Of a DNA stretch of 34,063 nt, positions 9,279 to 18,504 are shown piece after piece. Within the stretch, counting starts at the first letter, position 1; each line of letters begins with the position of its first letter. Under the pieces are notes generated by a model. The model saw only the letters and a list, made by a program, of their open reading frames with translations. It was not told the origin of the DNA and did no database searches. The stretch comes from Clostridiales bacterium (GTDB lineage Bacteria; Bacillota; Clostridia; Oscillospirales; Acutalibacteraceae): NCBI GenBank assembly GCA_020860025.1, contig JAJBVC010000086.1:1-34063 (forward strand), written 5' to 3'. The translations under genes and the position numbers were made by a program.

Positions 9279-10967
9279 TTACATAACCTGAGGAGCGGTT
9301 ATTTTAAGCATATTAAGAATATTTTTTATAGTGTCCTTTACAGCTTTGCAAAGATAAAGCCTTGCCTGCATAAGTCCCTCATCCTCAACCATAACCCTTT
9401 GAGCATTATAAAACTTATGAAAAAGAGTTGCAAGTTCGATAACATAATGAGTAATTTTTGCAGGGTCGTAAGCGTCAGCGGCTGCAATGATTTCACCTGT
9501 AAGCGAGGAAAGATGACGGATTAAATCTCTCTCCTCATTTGATGTCAGCATTTCAAGCTCGGCATCTGTTGGCGTACGCATTTTTACACCCTCGCTCTCA
9601 GCCTTTTTTATAATAGAGCAAATTCTTGCGTGAGCGTACTGAACGTAGTAAACAGGATTTTCACTTGACTGCTTGGCGGCAAGCTCCAAATCAAAATCAA
9701 AATGCGAATTAGGTTCACGAAGATTAAAGAAAAATCTTGCTGCGTCAAGCGGAATTTCGTCAATAAGCGTATTAAGCGTAATTGCTTTTCCCGAACGCTT
9801 TGAAAGCTTTATTGTTTCGCCGTCACGGACAAGACGCACCATTTGCATAATTACAGCGTCAAGCCTATCGGCGTCAAGACCGAGCGCCGTTAAAGCGGCT
9901 TTCATTCTCGGAACATATCCGTGGTGGTCGGCGCCCAAAACGTCAACGGCTTTGTCATATCCTCTGACAACAAGCTTATTGTAATGATATGCAATATCAG
10001 GCACAATATATGTCGGCAAACCGTTGGCACGAATTAAAACTATATCCTTATCATTGCCAAATTCGCTTGCCTTGAACCATAAAGCGCCGTCCTGCTCGTA
10101 GGTAACTCCTTTTTCCTTAAGAGCGGCGATTACCCTGTCAACCGAGCCGTCATTGTGAAGCGTTGATTCACGAAACCAATTATCGTAGGTAATTCTGTAT
10201 CTGCCAAGGTCGCTTTCAAGTCCCGCAATATTTATAGGCAAAGCGTAATCAACAAGCGCTTTACGGCGTTCATCCGATGGTACGTTAACATATTTATCGC
10301 CGTATTTCTCTGTAAAATTCTTAGCGTGGTCGATAATATCCTGACCGTGATATGCGTCCTCTGGCATTTGAACATCATCGCAAAACTGTTCAAGATAACG
10401 TACCTCAAGCGAGGTCGCAAATTTTTCTATCTGATTTCCGGCATCGTTTACGTAAAACTCACGGCTTACATCATATCCCGCCCATTCAAGAACAGAGGCA
10501 AGGCAGTCGCCGATTGCGCCGCCCCTTGCGTTTCCGATATGCATAGGCCCTGTCGGATTTGCCGAAACGAATTCAACTATTACTTTTTTACTTTTTCCGT
10601 AATCCGATTTGCCGTAATCATCACCGCAGGCGATAACGTCTTTAAGGATTTCCCTATAGTAAGCGGATGAAAGGAAAAAATTAATAAATCCCGCTCCGGC
10701 AATTTCACATCTTTCAAAAAGAGTATCGCTCAAATCAAGGTGATCAACTATACACTGAGCGATGATTTTCGGTGCTTTATGAAATACACGTGCGCCCGCC
10801 ATTGCAATATTTGACGAATAATCGCCGTTTGCCTTGTTGGCAGGCTTTTCAACTATAAACTGCGGAATCTCCCCCTGAGGTAAATCACCACATTCCATTG
10901 CCGCCTTAACTGCGTCGGTAATTTTATTTTTAAGTATCTCTTCTGTTTGAAAAACTAATTTTGACAT
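9279..10967 (-). CDS. argS: Arginine--tRNA ligase
   Basis: VEFVSANPTGPMHIGNARG, GADHHGY, KLSKRSG and NPVYYVQYAHARICS. Confidence 0.97.
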   Translation of the reverse strand: MSKLVFQTEEILKNKITDAVKAAMECGDLPQGEIPQFIVEKPANKANGDYSSNIAMAGARVFHKAPKIIAQCIVDHLDLSDTLFERCEIAGAGFINFFLSSAYYREILKDVIACGDDYGKSDYGKSKKVIVEFVSANPTGPMHIGNARGGAIGDCLASVLEWAGYDVSREFYVNDAGNQIEKFATSLEVRYLEQFCDDVQMPEDAYHGQDIIDHAKNFTEKYGDKYVNVPSDERRKALVDYALPINIAGLESDLGRYRITYDNWFRESTLHNDGSVDRVIAALKEKGVTYEQDGALWFKASEFGNDKDIVLIRANGLPTYIVPDIAYHYNKLVVRGYDKAVDVLGADHHGYVPRMKAALTALGLDADRLDAVIMQMVRLVRDGETIKLSKRSGKAITLNTLIDEIPLDAARFFFNLREPNSHFDFDLELAAKQSSENPVYYVQYAHARICSIIKKAESEGVKMRTPTDAELEMLTSNEERDLIRHLSSLTGEIIAAADAYDPAKITHYVIELATLFHKFYNAQRVMVEDEGLMQARLYLCKAVKDTIKNILNMLKITAPQVM

Positions 10968-10971
10968 TACT

Positions 10972-11394
10972 TTACTCCTGATTTACTCTGAACTTCATAC
11001 TAACCTCATTTTTTGAGGCAAGCGCTCCGTTAATATCAATATCGTAATTAAAATAAAATTCTGAATTTTCCTTATCATATCTGACCGAATGACCGGAAAT
11101 GCCCATAAGCACATCGCCGTATTCCGTACCGTAGCTGCACAAATTACGCTTTGATCTTTCGACTATCAGGCAGGAATCGTGTGCACCGCTTCGTATAATC
11201 TCAACAGATTTTTCATTCTTATATATTTTAACGCTTACATCAACGCTTTTAAGCGGAGGCTCCTGCTCCTCAACGTATTTGACAATATAAGAATCCTCTT
11301 CTTCCTCAAAAGTTCCGACAGTCGTAAATTCAATTTTATCCTTTTGATTATCAATTCTTTGAGTGCCTATTATCTCTAATAAAATTTTTTTCAT
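10972..11394 (-). CDS. DUF1934 (YwiB-like) beta-barrel protein
   Basis: 140 aa with Y.EE...VEIIRSG...YGTEYG. DUF1934 genes typically lie just upstream of argS in Firmicutes. Confidence 0.78.
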   Translation of the reverse strand: MKKILLEIIGTQRIDNQKDKIEFTTVGTFEEEEDSYIVKYVEEQEPPLKSVDVSVKIYKNEKSVEIIRSGAHDSCLIVERSKRNLCSYGTEYGDVLMGISGHSVRYDKENSEFYFNYDIDINGALASKNEVSMKFRVNQE

Positions 11395-11410
11395 TATTCC
11401 GTGTGGCAGG

Positions 11411-12499
11411 TTAAATTCTGCCGCCTCTTTCCATTGCTAAATCAATCAGACGGTCAATGAGCTTTGCGTAAGGCAGTCCCGCCGCTTCAAAAAGTTTAGG
11501 GTACATACTTATTTCGGTCTGACCCGGAATTGTGTTAATCTCATTGAGCAAAACCCTGCCGTCATTTTTTGTAACGAAGAAATCAACTCTCGCCATACCC
11601 TCACAGCCGAGCGATTTATAAGCCTTAATCGCCTTTTCTTTTACCTCGTTTCGCTTGTCTGAAGAAATCTGAGCTGGAATGTAAAGCTGTGACTGCGGAT
11701 TGTTATACTTAGCATCATAGTCGTAAAATTCAGCGGCAGCTACAATCTGACCTACCTCACCTGCAACAGGCTCGTCATTACCGAGTACGGCACACTCAAC
11801 CTCAAAGCCGTCAATAAATTCCTCAAGGACAGCCTTTTTATCCTCCCCAAACGCAATATCCATTGCACGGGACAACTCCTCAATATTATGCGCCTTTGTA
11901 ATTCCGACTGATGAACCTGCGTTTGCCGGCTTTACAAATATTGGAAAAGATAGCTTTTCCTCAGCCTTTTTCATACATTCATCAGGCGATTTGTAATATT
12001 CGCTTTTTGTAAATGCACACCATTTTGCCTGTTCAATATCATAGGCGTCAGCCACTGCGTTTGCAACAGCTTTATCCATACAAACGCCCGATGATGTGCA
12101 GTCGCAGCCGACAAACGGTATCTGTGCCAGCTGAAGCAAGCCTTGAACAGTTCCGTCCTCACCGTTTTTTCCGTGAAGAACGGGAAATACTACGTCAAGA
12201 CGTACAACATCGCCGTTTGATGTAACAATACCGTGAACCGCTGTATCAGGCGAAATAAACGCAGGGACAAGATTTTTTGACAACGTCCACCTGTCGTTCG
12301 GCAAAAGGTTTACATCATCATTAAAAATAAACCATTTTCCGTTTTTTGTAATCCCGATTAAAACGATATTATATTTTGTGTAATCTATATTTTCGATAAT
12401 ACTTTTTGCCGAAACACAGCTTATATCATGCTCTGATGACACGCCGCCGAAAATAATTCCAAGCGTTTTTTTATTCGTATTGTCCATAATTATTATCAT
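11411..12499 (-). CDS. ddl: D-alanine--D-alanine ligase
   Basis: FGGVSSEHDIS, FPVLHGKNGEDG, VKPANAGSSVG, FYDYDAKY and NEINTIPG. The start could also be 12487. Confidence 0.95.
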   Translation of the reverse strand: MIIIMDNTNKKTLGIIFGGVSSEHDISCVSAKSIIENIDYTKYNIVLIGITKNGKWFIFNDDVNLLPNDRWTLSKNLVPAFISPDTAVHGIVTSNGDVVRLDVVFPVLHGKNGEDGTVQGLLQLAQIPFVGCDCTSSGVCMDKAVANAVADAYDIEQAKWCAFTKSEYYKSPDECMKKAEEKLSFPIFVKPANAGSSVGITKAHNIEELSRAMDIAFGEDKKAVLEEFIDGFEVECAVLGNDEPVAGEVGQIVAAAEFYDYDAKYNNPQSQLYIPAQISSDKRNEVKEKAIKAYKSLGCEGMARVDFFVTKNDGRVLLNEINTIPGQTEISMYPKLFEAAGLPYAKLIDRLIDLAMERGGRI

Positions 12500-12670
12500 A
12501 CCCTTTCAGCTGTAAATGCCGTTAAACAGCTTGCTAAAGAGTTTATAGCACAGTTTAGCGTTATACTTTGATTTTTTATTGTAATATTGTATCATAAGCA
12601 CTTAAAATAATCAATATAAATTATCATTCACTGCATATGGAAAAATACAATTAAAATTTCTAAATAATAT

Positions 12671-12902
12671 TAAATGTTGAGAAAGTAGTCAGAATTAAGC
12701 ATTTTGCGAGTGGGAGCTGTACGTGTGTACTGCCCCCGAGCAAAAGGCTTAAAACGCTCAAAAGCGGATGGGCTCGACGCCCTGACGCTTTTAGAATAGT
12801 TGTTAGTATATATAATCTAAATATTTACAAAAATATAAAGACTAAAAGGTAATCTGCCACACCGATAATTGAGCGTGGTTATGGCTGCTTTATCGGCATT
12901 TG
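12671..12902 (+). repeat. Dispersed structured element, copy R3 (232 bp)
   Basis: TAAATGTTGAGAAAGTAGTCAGAATT...GGTTATGGCTGCTTTATCGGCATTTG. Same subtype as R1. Confidence 0.92.
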
Positions 12903-12914
12903 TTTAAAAAAGTA

Positions 12915-12943
12915 GTGACAAATTAGAAACATAATGTTATAAT
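12915..12943 (+). promoter_or_regulatory. Putative sigma-A promoter with extended -10
   Basis: GTGACA-17 bp-TATAAT with TGn before the -10, upstream of the 12981-16397 cluster. Confidence 0.6.
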
Positions 12944-12980
12944 GTGTTTTGATTATATATTAACAGACGGAAGTGAGAAA

Positions 12981-13160
12981 ATGAGCAATCTGAAAAATTA
13001 CAGAAGAAGAGTATTACTAAAAACGGCGGTTATACCGATTATCGCCGCAATTATTACGGCGGTTGTTTTTATAAATTCACTGCCGACAGCAGAGGCGGAT
13101 TTGCAAAATAAATTTTCTTCCTCCGCTGTAACCGAAACGGTTGTGGCTCAAAATGAATAA
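12981..13160 (+). CDS. Small single-TM membrane protein (59 aa)
   Basis: Basic N-terminus plus hydrophobic helix (MSNLKNYRRRVLLKTAVIPIIAAIITAVVF). Its stop overlaps the start of the next gene. Confidence 0.6.
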   Translation: MSNLKNYRRRVLLKTAVIPIIAAIITAVVFINSLPTAEADLQNKFSSSAVTETVVAQNE

Positions 13161-14031
13161 TACGCTGTTGCGTTTTCTTAAAACGCTTGAATACGTTATT
13201 GCTCTTGTTGCTGCTGTTTTGATTATAATTGCTTCTCTGTCTCTTCCGGCTTCTGTTTTTTTCAGCGACAAAACTGTTATGCAAACATATTTTACACAGT
13301 CGCAGGTAACGTCAACACTCTTAAACCGCCTTGATGATGAGCTTGCAAATGCCGCCGAGGAATGTGATATTCCGTCTGAAGTGTTTACTGACGCTGTAGA
13401 CACTCAACTCTCGGAATCGGCGCAGTCTGTTGTAGTTCTGTATATTCGCAGCGGTACGCAGTGCAATTTCCGCAAGCTTACGGACGTTGAGGACACGTTT
13501 TACGAAGCCGTTTCAAACTACTGTTCCGAAAATAAAATCAAAGCAAGCGACAGCGAAATTGAAGAAATTGCCGACACGGCTGTTGAAACATTCATCTCGG
13601 TTTATTCGGCTAACTGCAATACTGTTTTTGCGGGATTTATTTCAAGAATCAGCTCTTACGGATATTTGATTTCGGGCGGATGTATCGCTCTTGCACTTGT
13701 ACTGCTTGTTCTTGTTTCTTTAATCGAGCATTTTCGCCACAACAGTATGAATTACATTGCAATGACTTTTTTGAGTGCAGGCGCCGTTAATATTGTTGCG
13801 GGAGTACTAACGCTCACCGACGGAATAATAGACAGGCTTGATTTTACAGGGTCGCAGGCGTATAACCTTGCAGTCGCCGAGATGCTCAATAAATCAGCAA
13901 CAGCGTTTACGGCAAGCGGATTTTTGCTTGTGGCGGTGGGAATTTTCTTTGCGCTTCGTGCTTACAGTTATTACAAGAATAAATTTTCATTTTACGAAAT
14001 TGATACTGAAATAGAAAAGAATTTAATTTAA
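13153..14031 (+). CDS. Hypothetical membrane protein (1 TM, extracellular helical domain, 3 TM); paralog of 15582-16397
   Basis: Hydrophobicity pattern. The motif ELANAAEECDIPSEVF matches QLEALADESNIPSRVF in the paralog. Confidence 0.75.
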   Translation: MNNTLLRFLKTLEYVIALVAAVLIIIASLSLPASVFFSDKTVMQTYFTQSQVTSTLLNRLDDELANAAEECDIPSEVFTDAVDTQLSESAQSVVVLYIRSGTQCNFRKLTDVEDTFYEAVSNYCSENKIKASDSEIEEIADTAVETFISVYSANCNTVFAGFISRISSYGYLISGGCIALALVLLVLVSLIEHFRHNSMNYIAMTFLSAGAVNIVAGVLTLTDGIIDRLDFTGSQAYNLAVAEMLNKSATAFTASGFLLVAVGIFFALRAYSYYKNKFSFYEIDTEIEKNLI

Positions 14032-14066
14032 CAAAACATATATTTGCACTTTTGAAAGGATAAACT

Positions 14067-14918
14067 ATGGAAGTTAAAGACGTTTTTAAAATTATTGAAA
14101 AGCAGCTCAGCGACTGCAATACTGAACTCGGATTTTCAAAAGAGTCCGAAAGCGAAAACGAAATCGTATTTTCAGGCGAAAAGGGTGCTTACAAGGTCAT
14201 CTTTGACAAGGAAAACAATATAATGTCATTTGACTGTGCTAACGAAACAGACGGCGGAGAGCCTAAGTTCAACACAGTTTCACGCAGCCTTTTTGAGGCT
14301 GAAAGATATGATGAAAAGGACGCCAGATCGCTTGCTAATGAAATCAGCGATGAAATCACGTCTCTTTTTAAGGCACGCAAAAAGGTCAACCTTGATAAGG
14401 TTAAAATGCCCAAGGCGGTGTCAAGAACCAAAGCCAAAAACGGCATAATCAGTTATGATACCGATTCGCTTGCAAACCGATTCGGAACGCTTTATCCCGA
14501 TATGAAAAATCCTATTAAGGAAAATATTGCTAAGTACGGTGAGTTTTTGCCCGAAACATTTTTTAAAGAGTATGGTACAAAGCGTGTTCTCGACGTTATC
14601 GCAAGGGGCGATGAAACTGAATGTAAAAAGCTTTTCAAAATGCTCAACGAAGTATATGAGGACGGCACCAATGAAGTGCAGGATATTATCGGCGTAACTA
14701 TTCTCGGAGAGATGAAAAACGACGCCAAAATGATGGAAACCGCCGACAAATATATGATTGAATATATGGCAGGCCCCGTACACGAAATTAACAAAATCAC
14801 ACGCAAGAAAAATAAGTTTACGAAAAAGCTTGAAAATCCTCCCACTTATAAGCCTAAGAGGAAAAAGAGAACAAGCTTTATGCAAAGCTCATTACAGTCG
14901 CAAAGTATTGACAGATAG
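14067..14918 (+). CDS. Hypothetical cytoplasmic protein (283 aa, Lys-rich C-terminus)
   Basis: Long ORF with AAAGGA RBS and co-oriented in the cluster. No confident family. Confidence 0.75.
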   Translation: MEVKDVFKIIEKQLSDCNTELGFSKESESENEIVFSGEKGAYKVIFDKENNIMSFDCANETDGGEPKFNTVSRSLFEAERYDEKDARSLANEISDEITSLFKARKKVNLDKVKMPKAVSRTKAKNGIISYDTDSLANRFGTLYPDMKNPIKENIAKYGEFLPETFFKEYGTKRVLDVIARGDETECKKLFKMLNEVYEDGTNEVQDIIGVTILGEMKNDAKMMETADKYMIEYMAGPVHEINKITRKKNKFTKKLENPPTYKPKRKKRTSFMQSSLQSQSIDR

Positions 14919-14933
14919 TTTTTAGAGGAAATT

Positions 14934-15571
14934 ATGGACAAAAACAAAAAAGACTAATTCAATACGGAATTATTTCACCGCTGATAGTCGGAATTGTGAC
15001 AGTGATAATATTTTTCGTTTGTTTTTCGCTCGTTAAGTCTGACATTCCGTTTACGGGAGAAGTTGTAAATGTTGCCGAATATCAAAGCGGCGAAATCACT
15101 TCCCCTCAATACGATGAAAATATAATGTCCGACGACGGCACTGTTCTTAAATCAGCAATAGTACAAAGTGAGAACACTCAGCTTGGCACTGTTACATTCG
15201 GCGGCGACACATTTGATTTGATTTATGAGGCGGATTCCGTAAACGCTGTTGGCAGAACCAATCTTTCATCAAACGGCGCTTACGTAGGTGAAATTGGAAC
15301 CGCCGTTATAAGCATTAACAAAAGCAACAACGCAAAGCTGAATATGCTTGCCAAGGGCGACGATATTGAAATTGAATGTTTTTACGGAAGTTATACTTAT
15401 GAAGTTACAGATGTTGTAACGGTAGACACATTCAGCCAAATTTTTTCGGCGGGCGACGGTATAGGCAGAGCTGTTGCGATATATACAGACGACGGACTGA
15501 CCCCCGGACTTAGTGAGAATTACAGAGTTGTAATTGCCAAAATGACTTCCGGCACCGAAGTAAACGAATAG
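14934..15571 (+). CDS. Class D sortase-fold protein lacking catalytic His/Cys; N-terminus frameshifted at an A6 run
   Basis: LGTVTF, GAYVGEIGTAVISIN, LNMLAKGDDIEIECFYGSYTYEVTD, VAIYTD and YRVVIA follow the class D sortase pattern. The RBS (GAGG) and ATG at 14934 are out of frame by 1 base with the body ORF (14996-15571). Confidence 0.65.
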
Positions 15572-15581
15572 GAGGGGAAAA

Positions 15582-16397
15582 ATGTCACTAAAAGCAACAC
15601 GTAACATTTTATGTTTTTTCCTTTCATTTATCATCGTACTTGGAGGAATCTGCTTTGTCGGAGCGCTTACTGTCAACTGTACGCTCGTTTCGCAAAGCTA
15701 TATGAAATCAATTTTGGCTTCTGACAAAATACTTGCCGAATGTAATGATAATTTCCAAAAGCAGCTTGAAGCTCTTGCGGATGAAAGCAATATTCCCTCT
15801 CGTGTTTTTGAAGCGGTTGAAACTGTTGACGACACAACCGATTTAGCTGTTGACCGCCTCTTTGAGGGCAATGATACAACGCTTTTTATGGAAAGTAAGG
15901 TCGAACTTTTCGAGTCGCTTTGTAAGGAGTATTTAGACGGCAATGAAATAGCGTATGACGAGGAAGATATACACAATACGGCTGTACGGGCAGCGGAAAT
16001 TTACGCCGATTCATTCGGTCTGAAAAATACCGACGAAGCTCGAAACTTTATCGTTACGGTACAGGAAAACGCTACAGGAATTGCTTCAACAGGACTTCTC
16101 GCTCTCGTTTTGGGAGTCGGTATGCTTTTAATTATGTTTAAGTCAAAAACGGATTCTGCGGAGCGTATTTTTTCAGCATTTACCGCAATGGGCGTTACAC
16201 TTTTCCTTGCAGGACTTGTATCGCTTATTTCGGGCTTTGGACAGGGCGCTCATATTTACCCCGAAATTTACTCTCAGGCGATTGACACAGCCGTAATCGG
16301 CGTTTGGATTATCATTACCGCCTGCGGCGCTATAATTACAGGCGCAAGCGTATTTGCATCTGTGCAGATTTATAAAAAAAGAGTCGGCAAAAATTAA
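15582..16397 (+). CDS. Hypothetical membrane protein (1 TM, extracellular domain, 3 TM); paralog of 13153-14031
   Basis: GGAGG RBS, with the same topology and IPS.VF motif as its paralog. Confidence 0.78.
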   Translation: MSLKATRNILCFFLSFIIVLGGICFVGALTVNCTLVSQSYMKSILASDKILAECNDNFQKQLEALADESNIPSRVFEAVETVDDTTDLAVDRLFEGNDTTLFMESKVELFESLCKEYLDGNEIAYDEEDIHNTAVRAAEIYADSFGLKNTDEARNFIVTVQENATGIASTGLLALVLGVGMLLIMFKSKTDSAERIFSAFTAMGVTLFLAGLVSLISGFGQGAHIYPEIYSQAIDTAVIGVWIIITACGAIITGASVFASVQIYKKRVGKN

Positions 16398-16415
16398 ATT
16401 TAATACAGAAAAAAT

Positions 16416-16451
16416 AAAAGAACTGCTTCTCTATAATGAAACAGTTCTTTT
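16416..16451. terminator. Bidirectional intrinsic terminator
   Basis: AAAAGAACTGCTTC-tctataat-GAAACAGTTCTTTT between convergent genes. Confidence 0.75.
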
Positions 16452-16473
16452 GGTTTTTATATTGTACCTCACT

Positions 16474-16663
16474 GAAAAAGTTAATTGTTGAGAATTCGCT
16501 TCCGAGTAAAAGACTTAAAACTACCAAAGGCACTGAGAAACCAGTATCCTCAGCGCCTTTCAAGTGTTCTTAACGTAAATTATGTTGTTGCTAATGATAT
16601 TTAATAAAACAATTTAACCATATAATAATCGGTCATATTTCCGACTGCTTATTCGTCATCCTG
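16474..16663 (+). repeat. Divergent, internally deleted element, copy R4
   Basis: Retains GAAAAAGTTAAT, TGTTGAGAA, CGCTTCCGAGTAAAAGACTTAAAAC and a hairpin at the conserved position. 16526-16655 is similar to 25509-25640. It ends GACTGCTTATTCGTCATCCTG. Confidence 0.75.
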
Positions 16664-17536
16664 TTTTTTTAGAGCTTCTCGTTCCGCCTTGCGCTGAGCT
16701 CTCTTTTTCTTTGCTTTATATCCCATAAGTTTGTCCAAATGCTCATCGGGCGTTGTGCAAGTTCCGAGCGTAACCGTACTGTTTCCGTAAAATCCGTGGA
16801 AATCGGAACCGCCGGTCATAAGCAGTTTATTTTTCTTACAAATACCGCTGAGAAATTCAATATTCGCTTCTGTTGCTGACGGATGCCAAACCTCGATTCC
16901 GTCAAGGCCCATTTCAATATAAGAATCAATCTCGTCAAAATTATCAAAAAACGCAGGATGGGCAAGAACGGCAATACCGCCGGCGCCATGAACCTCTTCG
17001 ATAACCTCTTTAATATCAGGATATTTTGTAGGTGCAAGCAAATTGGTTTCGCTTTCGGGTGAAAAAAGAGCGTTATATAAATCGCCGAATATTTCCGTAG
17101 TATAGCCTGCGTCAATAAGAGCGTGCATAATATGCTGTTTAAAAAGATTTGTAGAGCCAGAAGCGTGATTTATAATAAATTCGGTTGAAATCGGAAAACG
17201 TGACGCAACCTTGAGCATCATAATCTGACCTGCACGTTTTCTTGCGACAGACGTTCTTTTGCACAGTCCCTCAAGCCTGTCGGGAGTATCGGCAAGGTAA
17301 CACAATATATGCACCTTTTTACCGGCTTCGTTATCAAAAGCCGAAAGCTCCACTCCGGGAATAACGTTAACGCCGTAGCGTTTTCCTATAACTTTACCTC
17401 TTACAGTACCGGCAAGGCAGTCATGGTCTGTTATGGCAATCGTATCAATTCCGCTTTTTTGTGCTATTACTATTAAATCTTCAATACCTACTGAGCCGTC
17501 GCTCAATTTTGTATGGCAATGTAAATCTGCTGCCAT
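16649..17536 (-). CDS. PHP domain phosphoesterase (YciV/TrpH-like)
   Basis: DLHCHTKLSDG, AITDHD, GVELS, VHIL, AVLAHP, LDGIEV and TGGSDFHG. Confidence 0.92.
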   Translation of the reverse strand: MAADLHCHTKLSDGSVGIEDLIVIAQKSGIDTIAITDHDCLAGTVRGKVIGKRYGVNVIPGVELSAFDNEAGKKVHILCYLADTPDRLEGLCKRTSVARKRAGQIMMLKVASRFPISTEFIINHASGSTNLFKQHIMHALIDAGYTTEIFGDLYNALFSPESETNLLAPTKYPDIKEVIEEVHGAGGIAVLAHPAFFDNFDEIDSYIEMGLDGIEVWHPSATEANIEFLSGICKKNKLLMTGGSDFHGFYGNSTVTLGTCTTPDEHLDKLMGYKAKKKRAQRKAEREALKKQDDE

Positions 17537-17724
17537 AACAATCCCCTCCCTTTAATAATGTAGAGCAAGTAAAATTTTCCAATAACTTATTTTTAACAAA
17601 ATTAAATATATTTAACGTACAATATATAGTAACATATTATTTCAACTTTTTCAAGTTTAAAGGTGTTTTTTTCAATTTTAGTCTAATAAAAGTGTATAGT
17701 CGATTAAAAAATTTGTTAATTTTT

Positions 17725-18267
17725 TCACATTCTTGACAATATTTGATTTAATTTGGAAACGGGAAGTCCAACTACATTAAAATAATCGCCGTCAATTTTT
17801 TCAACCAAGAGAGAACCCTTGCCCTGGATTCCGTAAGCACCAGCCTTGTCCATCGGCTCGCCGGTTGAAATATAATCGTTAATTTCGCTGTCGCTGAGCT
17901 TGAAAAATTTAACTTTTGTCAAGACGGAAAATGTTTTTGTGCTGCTCGGAGTAATAACGGTCACACCTGTAAAAACGCCATGCTCTCTGCCGCTGAGCAT
18001 TTTTAGCATTGTAAAAGCGTCGCTTTCATCCTTTGGCTTGCCGAGAATTATATTGTCAAGAGCAACAACAGTATCGGCGCCGATTATCGTGTCGGTGTTA
18101 TTTTTAAACGGCTGAGCCTTGATTTTCGAGAGATATTCAACCGCCTTATCAGGCAATATATCTTTTGGCAGAGTTTCATCAACGTCAGCGCTTTTGACTG
18201 TAAAATCATCTGTTATCAGCTTTAGCAATTCTCTTCTTCTTGGTGATTTTGAAGCAAGTATCAGCAT
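17725..18267 (-). CDS. maf: Maf family nucleoside triphosphate pyrophosphatase (YhdE-type)
   Basis: ILASKSPRRRELL, IIGADTVV, LGKP, DKAGAYGIQG and NVVGLP. Confidence 0.94.
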   Translation of the reverse strand: MLILASKSPRRRELLKLITDDFTVKSADVDETLPKDILPDKAVEYLSKIKAQPFKNNTDTIIGADTVVALDNIILGKPKDESDAFTMLKMLSGREHGVFTGVTVITPSSTKTFSVLTKVKFFKLSDSEINDYISTGEPMDKAGAYGIQGKGSLLVEKIDGDYFNVVGLPVSKLNQILSRM

Positions 18268-18311
18268 TATAATCGAGCCTTTCGTTTTATGTTTTTTTAA
18301 AATTTAATCGA

Positions 18312-18489
18312 GGGCTTTGCCCGAACATCAACATTTGTCAAGGGCGAAGCCCGCTTAGGTGGGAGATTATGACTCCCGCCTAAGAAAAAAGATGAAACCC
18401 GCTTCTCTCCTCTCGGTTCGGCGGTGCTTCTGCCTTTGGCAGAGGTATCCACCGGACACCCGCACCCTATAAAAGCGGGGACATCTTTT
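18312..18489. repeat. GC-rich cluster of REP-like hairpins
   Basis: GGGC-ttt-GCCC, GGGC-gaa-GCCC and CTTAGGTGGGAG..CTCCCGCCTAAG, then an outer stem 18387-18404/18473-18489 enclosing GGTGCTTCTGCC-ttt-GGCAGAGGTATC. Confidence 0.6.
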
Positions 18490-18504
18490 CAAATGTTATT
18501 TTCT

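Noticed and set aside
10960-10975. T-box leader for argS
   Set aside because: Only 4 bp separate argS from the upstream gene.
11411-12499. Van-type D-Ala-D-Lac ligase
   Set aside because: The omega loop reads FYDYDAKY as in D-Ala-D-Ala ligases, and there are no vanH/vanX/vanRS neighbours.
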